From an uncultured Fusibacter sp. (lineage in GTDB: Bacteria > Bacillota > Clostridia > Peptostreptococcales > Acidaminobacteraceae), in contig CAZFST010000012.1 of the NCBI GenBank assembly GCA_964522015.1, positions 17,605-41,604 of the forward strand: DNA of 24,000 nucleotides, in the 5' to 3' direction. Of this stretch, positions 15,883 to 20,892 are shown piece after piece. The number at the start of each line of letters is the position of its first letter. The stretch's first letter is position 1. The notes under the pieces were generated by a model. It had not been told where the DNA came from. It searched no databases and was given only the letters and a program-made list of their open reading frames with translations. Both the position numbers and the translations under genes were made by a program.

Positions 15883-15943
15883 ATCATACCCCAATAGTAT
15901 TTTTTAATCAGATGGATGTACGAATTGTCCATTGAAATGTAAG
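15883..15943 (-). promoter_or_regulatory. Candidate LytTR-activated promoter of the agrD-like/agrB unit
   Basis: On the minus strand: CTTACATTTC (15934-15943), 12 nt, GTACATCCA (15913-15921), 2 nt, -35-like TGATTA (15905-15910), 16 nt, then -10 TATGAT (15883-15888). The geometry matches the precursor promoter. Confidence 0.4.
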
Positions 15944-15960
15944 AATTGTGTGTTAATTTT

Positions 15961-16000
15961 AAAAAACCACCTGTACGTATTACCGCACAAGTGGTTTTTT
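15961..16000 (-). terminator. Rho-independent terminator after the HD-domain gene (bidirectional shape)
   Basis: The minus-strand RNA reads AAAAAACCACUUGUGCG-GUAAUA-CGUACAGGUGGUUUUUU, a long stem with G-U wobbles flanked by an A-run and a U-run. It marks the right border of the island. Confidence 0.8.
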
Positions 16001-16006
16001 GTTAAT

Positions 16007-16573
16007 TTATAATAAGCTTTCTCCACGGGACTCTAAAAATACTTGCTGCGCTTGAAGGCCATCAATCACGGTCTGTATATGGGCATTTAACTCAACCCCA
16101 AGCTCTTCAGCCGCCAATTTGATACCCTCTCGGTCCACAGCCTTTGCAAATGCTTTATCCTTTAACTTCTTGGTAACTGATTTTACGCTGATACCATCAA
16201 AGCCTTCAGGTCGCATCAGGGCAACCGCCACTATAAAACTGGCCAGTTCATCCACCGCATAAAGGACCTTTGCCATTTGTGTCGGCCTCTGGCTAACATC
16301 GTCTAGGGCATGGCCTCTGACTGCCTGAATAAAGTTTTCATCATAGCCTTTTTCCTTTAGCCAAATCAATCCCTGTGCAGGGTGAATTTCTGGATGGGAT
16401 TGATAATCCAAATCATGCAAAAGTCCAAGGGCTGACCACTGGTCAACTGGGGCGTCAAAGTGCTTGGCATAACCCACAAGGGCCCCCTCCACCGCAAGCG
16501 AATGCTTGCGCAGGCTCTCGCTTGTCACATGCTCGTATAGGAATGCTACCACCTGATTGCGTTCAAAAGTCAT
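16007..16573 (-). CDS. HD-domain phosphohydrolase
   Basis: It has HSLAVE...LGLLHDLDY (the H...HD metal motif). I place the start at the ATG at 16571-16573 (MTFERNQ...), which has GGAGG 5 nt upstream, rather than the track start at 16600. Confidence 0.8.
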   Translation of the reverse strand: MTFERNQVVAFLYEHVTSESLRKHSLAVEGALVGYAKHFDAPVDQWSALGLLHDLDYQSHPEIHPAQGLIWLKEKGYDENFIQAVRGHALDDVSQRPTQMAKVLYAVDELASFIVAVALMRPEGFDGISVKSVTKKLKDKAFAKAVDREGIKLAAEELGVELNAHIQTVIDGLQAQQVFLESRGESLL

Positions 16574-16628
16574 GTCAACCTCCTGGAATTTTCGATTCAC
16601 TGTTTAGGTTTTAGGTATTCTAATATTG

Positions 16629-17735
16629 TTAGGCCTTAATCAATTGATAGACAAGAGCTGCAGAATTTTTAAGATTTTCGATGCTGATGCGCTCCTCAAG
16701 GGTGTGGACTTTTTCCATGCCAACCCCAAGGTTGACGGCTTCGATGCCGTTTTTATTGTAGTTATTTGTATCTGAGCCTCCACCTGTGCTTTTGTATTCT
16801 GGTGTCTTGCCAATTGCAAGTATGGCAGCGGTGACGTCCTTAACAATGCTGGCATCTACAGAGACTTCAAAGGCATCGTATGCCCGCTCTACCACAACCT
16901 CAGCGGTTGCGCCAAATTCCTGGGCAGCTTCTTCAAAGCATTTAACCATGTGGTTTGTCTGAATTTCTAGTTTTGGATTGGACTGCGAACGGGCCTCTGC
17001 TTGAATCGAGACTTCTGGACAAACGATATTGGTAGCTTGACCACCGTTGATCACCCCGATATTGGCAGTGGTATCCTGGTCTATTCTTAATAGTTGCATC
17101 CGATTAATGGCAGCAGCCGCGATTTGGATGGCGCTGATCCCTTCTTCTGGACAAACCCCAGCATGGGCCGGTTTACCTTTGATGCGTACGTTAATTTTAT
17201 CCTGTGCAGGTCCTTTGACAATTACCTCACCAGGTGCCCCACCGCTATCCAAAACGATCCCCCGTTTAGCGTTGACTTTGCTGTAATCCAAGTAGCGTGA
17301 CCCATTGAGACCACCTTCTTCTGCAATGCAAAAGACGATTTCCAGTGGTTTTAAGGCTGTATTTTGGTCTTTTGCTACGGCAATGGCTTCGATAATGGCT
17401 GCAATGCCAGCTTTATCATCGCCACCTAAAATGGTGGTGCCATCACTGTAGATATACCCATCTCTGATAACAGGTTTTACCCCCAGTCCTGGCTTGACCG
17501 TATCCATATGGGAAGATAAGAGCAGAGCCTCTGGCTTTGTGGTATCCCCCATGGTTGCAATCAGGTTGCCTGTGTTGGATGGGAATTTCAGATTGGCATT
17601 GTCATACGTGACAGTGAAACCAAGGTCTATAAGAATGGGTTCTATGTAATCTGCAACCGCTTTTTCAAAACCCGTTTCACTATCAATTTGAACCAACTCT
17701 AAAAAACGGCTGACAATACGTTCTTGATTGATCAT
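16629..17735 (-). CDS. M20-family metallopeptidase (PepT-like tripeptidase)
   Basis: It has SSHMDTV, GGDDKAG and CIAEEGGLNGS, the M20 metal-ligand motifs. AAGGAG lies upstream. Confidence 0.85.
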   Translation of the reverse strand: MINQERIVSRFLELVQIDSETGFEKAVADYIEPILIDLGFTVTYDNANLKFPSNTGNLIATMGDTTKPEALLLSSHMDTVKPGLGVKPVIRDGYIYSDGTTILGGDDKAGIAAIIEAIAVAKDQNTALKPLEIVFCIAEEGGLNGSRYLDYSKVNAKRGIVLDSGGAPGEVIVKGPAQDKINVRIKGKPAHAGVCPEEGISAIQIAAAAINRMQLLRIDQDTTANIGVINGGQATNIVCPEVSIQAEARSQSNPKLEIQTNHMVKCFEEAAQEFGATAEVVVERAYDAFEVSVDASIVKDVTAAILAIGKTPEYKSTGGGSDTNNYNKNGIEAVNLGVGMEKVHTLEERISIENLKNSAALVYQLIKA

Positions 17736-17824
17736 ATAAGTCTCCTTTGTGATGAGCCACGGTGCACGTCCCCCCGGCTCGCTATCTTTCTAGTAGCGTA
17801 AGATTATCATACCAAAATTATCGG

Positions 17825-17863
17825 CAAAATGAAACCCTCCGATCCATATGGACCAAAGGGTTT
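17825..17863 (-). terminator. Rho-independent terminator after rubrerythrin
   Basis: The minus-strand RNA reads AAACCCUUUGGUCC-AUAU-GGAUCGGAGGGUUU, a long stem with wobble pairs, followed by CAUUUUG. Confidence 0.65.
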
Positions 17864-17870
17864 ATAGTAC

Positions 17871-18446
17871 TTAGTAGTTTGTTTCTTTGATTTCAAAGTA
17901 GCTTTGTGGATGTTGACATGCAGGACATGTAGAAGGGGCAGTTTCACCTTCGTGAACATAACCACATTTGTCGCATTTCCATCTCTCAACCGTTTCTTTA
18001 GAAAATACAGTTTCAGATTCAACATTTGTAGCCAGCTTCAAATAACGCTGTTCATGCTCTTTTTCAATTTTAGCAATCACAGTAAATGCAGCAGCAACTT
18101 GTGGGAAACCTTCTTCTTTAGCAACAGCAGCAAAGTGAGGATACAACTCAGTGTATTCTTCGTTTTCTCCAGCTGCAGAAGCCAATAAATTTTCAAGGGT
18201 TGTGCCAACTTTACCAGCAGGGTACATAGCTGTAATTTCAACGCCGCCACCTTCTAAAAAGCTAAAGAAACGCTCAGCGTGTACACGTTCGTTCTCAGCT
18301 GTTTCAAGAAAAAGATTTGAAATTTGGTGGTAGCCGTCTTTTTGAGCCTGTTTTGCAAACATTGTGTAGCGATTTCTCGCCTGTGATTCGCCAGCAAATG
18401 CTTTTAACAAGTTTTGTTCTGTTTGAGTCCCTTTAATAGAAGCCAT
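17871..18446 (-). CDS. rbr: Rubrerythrin
   Basis: The N-terminal diiron four-helix domain reads TEQNLLKAFAGESQARNRY. The C-terminal rubredoxin-like part has CDKCGY...CPACQHP. AAGGAG lies 7 nt upstream. Confidence 0.93.
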   Translation of the reverse strand: MASIKGTQTEQNLLKAFAGESQARNRYTMFAKQAQKDGYHQISNLFLETAENERVHAERFFSFLEGGGVEITAMYPAGKVGTTLENLLASAAGENEEYTELYPHFAAVAKEEGFPQVAAAFTVIAKIEKEHEQRYLKLATNVESETVFSKETVERWKCDKCGYVHEGETAPSTCPACQHPQSYFEIKETNY

Positions 18447-18546
18447 TCATGTTCTCCTTATCTCTACAAAATGTTATGCGCCCGAGTCGGCCATGTTATC
18501 TGTTTTGCTTCTTATGCCTTATTTTTTATTTCTTACGTCTTATAGC

Positions 18547-19062
18547 TTATGCCTTGCCAATCACTGGCGGTGTAAATACGCGTGTTGCTAGTTCGCGGTC
18601 TAACATCAAAATCGCTTGACCTTCTCCGTTGACGCGCTTTAGTTGATTCAGAATTGCATGAACATTAGCTTCTTCTTCAACTTGTTCATCCACAAACCAC
18701 TGCAAGAAGTTAGAAGTGGCATAGTCTCGTTCTTCAATCGCAATGCTCATCAAATTATTGATGAGATTTGTCACATGCTCTTCGTGGGCAAGGACATTGT
18801 CAAACACTGCGATGATACTTTCCCAGTTGGTTTCAGGTTTCTCGATTGCTTCAAGGATCACACGACCCCCGCGCTCATTGATAAAACTGTAAAAACGTAA
18901 ACCATGGAACTGCTCTTCTTCAAATTGGACTCGCATCCAATTTGCAAAGCCAGGTAAATTTTGATCTTCAAAGTATGCTGCCATAGACAAGTACAAATAC
19001 GCTGAATAAAGTTCAGCATTGATTTGTGCATTAATCGCATCGTTTACGCGTTGCTTAATCAT
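18547..19062 (-). CDS. Non-haem bacterial ferritin
   Basis: The ferroxidase-centre helices read NAELYSAYLYLSMAAYF...EEEQFHGLRFYSFINERGG. Confidence 0.9.
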   Translation of the reverse strand: MIKQRVNDAINAQINAELYSAYLYLSMAAYFEDQNLPGFANWMRVQFEEEQFHGLRFYSFINERGGRVILEAIEKPETNWESIIAVFDNVLAHEEHVTNLINNLMSIAIEERDYATSNFLQWFVDEQVEEEANVHAILNQLKRVNGEGQAILMLDRELATRVFTPPVIGKA

Positions 19063-19109
19063 ATTGTGCCTCCAATTATAAGTTGCGTTTGGTTGTTGGC
19101 TTTCTTAAT

Positions 19110-19484
19110 TTATGACTGCCAGTTGCCATGCAAGTTGCAATATTCACGGGCACTGACTTCAGTGGCTTCAATCATAAATACAGCGCTTGGTGTTTGGCCA
19201 GGTTGCAAGTATTCTCGGTAAACCTTATTGTCAGCAATCAACTCAATCCACTCGATAAAGTGCTCATCAGTCATTGGGTGAAGTGTCGTACCAACCGTTA
19301 CTTTGTAACCGCCTTCAATTTTCTCAATAACCGGTACATGTTTTTCTGTTGATTTATCAGCTGTTTTTTCAACTAAAAGCGTCATTGGTTGATTACAGCA
19401 AACCAGTTCGCCGCCGCCAACGTGAAGCATTTCTACGATATTACCACATACATCACATTTAAATACATCTAACCGTTTTGCCAT
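19110..19484 (-). CDS. dfx: Desulfoferrodoxin (2Fe superoxide reductase)
   Basis: The N-terminal desulforedoxin part has CDVCGN...CCNQPM. The C-terminal neelaredoxin-type domain has EKHVPVIE...HPM...EW. Confidence 0.9.
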   Translation of the reverse strand: MAKRLDVFKCDVCGNIVEMLHVGGGELVCCNQPMTLLVEKTADKSTEKHVPVIEKIEGGYKVTVGTTLHPMTDEHFIEWIELIADNKVYREYLQPGQTPSAVFMIEATEVSAREYCNLHGNWQS

Positions 19485-19553
19485 GATGGCCTCCTATTAA
19501 AATACAATACAGAATGCACCCATTAGTGGGTGACTCTTATGACTGCCAGATGG

Positions 19554-19985
19554 CTAGTCAAGTCCAGCTGTTTCTTTCAAACAGCGATCACACAAACCTT
19601 TAAAATAAATATGCTTTTGATTGATTTGAAATTTGTCTAAATCCGCAGACTGAATATTTACAATGTCCGTTTGAAAATCAAAGACAATCTTACACTTTTC
19701 ACACTTAAAATGCCCGTGGACCATGGTATCTGCATCGTACCGCGCTTCATTTTCTTCTATTGTAATCATCTGAGCAATTTGCTTTTCAATAAATAAATTC
19801 AGTGTATTATAAACCGTTGTTTTTGAAAGGGTCGGAATTTCACAAATAAGTACTTTATAAATCTCGTCCACTGTTGGGTGGGTCCGTTGTTGATATAAGT
19901 ATTCAAAAATTCTGATCCGTTGAAAAGACGGTTTAATATTATGGCTTTTTAGATAATCACCGATATTTTCAATCCTAAGTTTCAT
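19554..19985 (-). CDS. Fur-family metalloregulator, PerR-like by context
   Basis: It has a winged-helix N-terminus (SFQRIRIFEYL...HPTVDEIY) and HGHFKCEKC...CDRC structural and regulatory metal sites. It is embedded among peroxide/superoxide defence genes. Confidence 0.8.
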   Translation of the reverse strand: MKLRIENIGDYLKSHNIKPSFQRIRIFEYLYQQRTHPTVDEIYKVLICEIPTLSKTTVYNTLNLFIEKQIAQMITIEENEARYDADTMVHGHFKCEKCKIVFDFQTDIVNIQSADLDKFQINQKHIYFKGLCDRCLKETAGLD

Positions 19986-20000
19986 CTGAGATCACGCTGA

Positions 20001-20162
20001 CTAAGCGGGTTCAAACATATCTTTGCCTACGCCACAAAGCGGGCAAACCCAATCTTCAGGAATATCATCAAATGACGTACCTGGCGCTACGCCGGCATCC
20101 GGATCACCAATTGCTGGATCATATTCATAGCCACATGCGATACAAACATACTTTTGTAACAT
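20001..20162 (-). CDS. Rubredoxin (copy 1)
   Basis: It has CIACGY...CPLCG. I place the start at the ATG at 20160-20162 (MLQKYVC..., 53 aa), which has AAGGAG 6 nt upstream, rather than the track start at 20183. Confidence 0.9.
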   Translation of the reverse strand: MLQKYVCIACGYEYDPAIGDPDAGVAPGTSFDDIPEDWVCPLCGVGKDMFEPA

Positions 20163-20190
20163 AGTAGACTCCTTCTTGCACATTAAGTGC

Positions 20191-20218
20191 TATAAAAGAA
20201 GCGCCTTTCGACGCCTCT
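20191..20218 (-). terminator. Rho-independent terminator after rubredoxin copy 2
   Basis: The minus-strand RNA reads AGAGGCGUC-GAAA-GGCGCUUCU, a 9-bp stem including two G-U pairs with a GNRA-type loop, followed by UUUUAUAG. Confidence 0.6.
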
Positions 20219-20265
20219 GGTGTCTTTATACCATTTCCTGCTCACTTGGACATACTTTACAGGTT

Positions 20266-20424
20266 TTATGCTGGCTCGAACATATCCTTGCCAACACCGC
20301 AAAGTGGGCAAACCCAATCTTCAGGAATATCATCAAATGACGTACCTGGCGCTACGCCACCATCTGGATCACCAAAAGTTGGATCATACTCATAGCCACA
20401 CGCGACACAAACATACTTTTGCAT
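20266..20424 (-). CDS. Rubredoxin (copy 2), absent from the ORF track
   Basis: Hand translation of the reverse strand gives [52 protein letters not shown] (52 aa). AGGAGG lies 7 nt upstream. The 68-aa plus-strand ORF at 20220-20426 in the track is its antisense shadow. Confidence 0.9.
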   Translation of the reverse strand: MQKYVCVACGYEYDPTFGDPDGGVAPGTSFDDIPEDWVCPLCGVGKDMFEPA

Positions 20425-20611
20425 AATTTTTTTCCTCCTAGAAATAGTTTTAGAGTGTATAGATTTGCCTTCTTATATTACCCCTCAATTGTCTCTTCAA
20501 TCGCTGGTGTTGAATCTGCCACTCCGAGAAAGATGTTTTTTTTGCGTACAAAACTATCTGTGCGCCTAAGGGGTTAAAGAGAGATCATTAGAAACTATCA
20601 TTTTTTCAAGT

Positions 20612-20626
20612 TTGTAATGATTACAT
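20612..20626. promoter_or_regulatory. Fur-family (PerR/Zur-like) 7-1-7 operator, distal copy
   Basis: TTGTAAT-G-ATTACAT is palindromic at 14 of 15 positions. On the minus strand it lies 4 nt downstream of a TTGACA-16-TATTAT promoter facing rubredoxin copy 2. On the plus strand it is followed by CTTTATAAT. Confidence 0.55.
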
Positions 20627-20738
20627 CTTTATAATAACAAACTAAAATTAAATGTCAATACGATTGAGAAAAAATAGTTAATCTTTACGTAGATATAACC
20701 AAACTTACTGCCAATTACAACATTTGCACACAATTCGA

Positions 20739-20757
20739 GATAGTGATTATCGTTATC
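20739..20757. promoter_or_regulatory. Classical Fur-box-like 19-mer
   Basis: GATAGTGATTATCGTTATC matches the textbook Fur box GATAATGATAATCATTATC at 16 of 19 positions. Confidence 0.35.
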
Positions 20758-20815
20758 AACCCCTTTATATTCCTGATTCTTAACATTAATTTTGGATATA
20801 TATTAAAGGTCGGGA

Positions 20816-20844
20816 TTGACAATCTAGTGTCAATGTCATAAACT
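20816..20844 (+). promoter_or_regulatory. Sigma-A promoter of the flavodiiron gene
   Basis: TTGACA (20816-20821), a 17-nt spacer, then TAAACT (20839-20844). Confidence 0.55.
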
Positions 20845-20853
20845 TAATCTAGA

Positions 20854-20868
20854 TTGTAATGATTACAA
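20854..20868. promoter_or_regulatory. Fur-family (PerR/Zur-like) 7-1-7 operator, proximal copy
   Basis: TTGTAAT-G-ATTACAA is a perfect 15-bp palindrome. It starts 10 nt downstream of the -10 element, which is a roadblock position, and lies 25 nt upstream of the flavodiiron ATG. Confidence 0.6.
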
Positions 20869-20892
20869 CTTTATAATGAATAAGGAGGCGGC

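Noticed and set aside
1-16000. Mobile-element hallmarks at the island borders (integrase, transposase, tRNA, inverted or direct flanking repeats)
   Set aside because: None is visible in the window. The left border lies beyond base 1, so mobility can be neither supported nor excluded.
17752-17781. A GC-rich patch (GAGCCACGGTGCACGTCCCCCCGGCTC) in the M20 peptidase leader, considered as a riboswitch or regulatory RNA
   Set aside because: There is only a short 5-bp outer stem with an irregular interior. The region is too small, and I recognised no conserved riboswitch core. It is probably an ordinary leader hairpin.
1860-19352. Many 60-137-aa ORFs nested antisense or out of frame inside larger genes (for example 1860-2114, 3525-3707, 4619-4813, 6422-6969, 9356-9878, 12453-12647, 13547-14200, 16375-16614, 17047-17300, 17807-18333, 18643-19352, and also 21092-23262 inside the flavodiiron gene)
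   Set aside because: All lie within longer ORFs that carry clear family motifs. None has a convincing SD, and their sequences look like antisense or frame-shift noise.
20220-20426. A 68-aa plus-strand ORF in the track
   Set aside because: It is the antisense shadow of the clear rubredoxin gene at 20266-20424. It has no RBS and a low-complexity His/Thr-rich sequence.
20536-20565. A hairpin (GCGTACA...TGTGCGC) adjacent to a T8 run, considered as a terminator
   Set aside because: The T-run precedes the stem on the plus strand and becomes an A-run after the stem on the minus strand, so it cannot act as an intrinsic terminator in either direction. The stem also has a mismatch.
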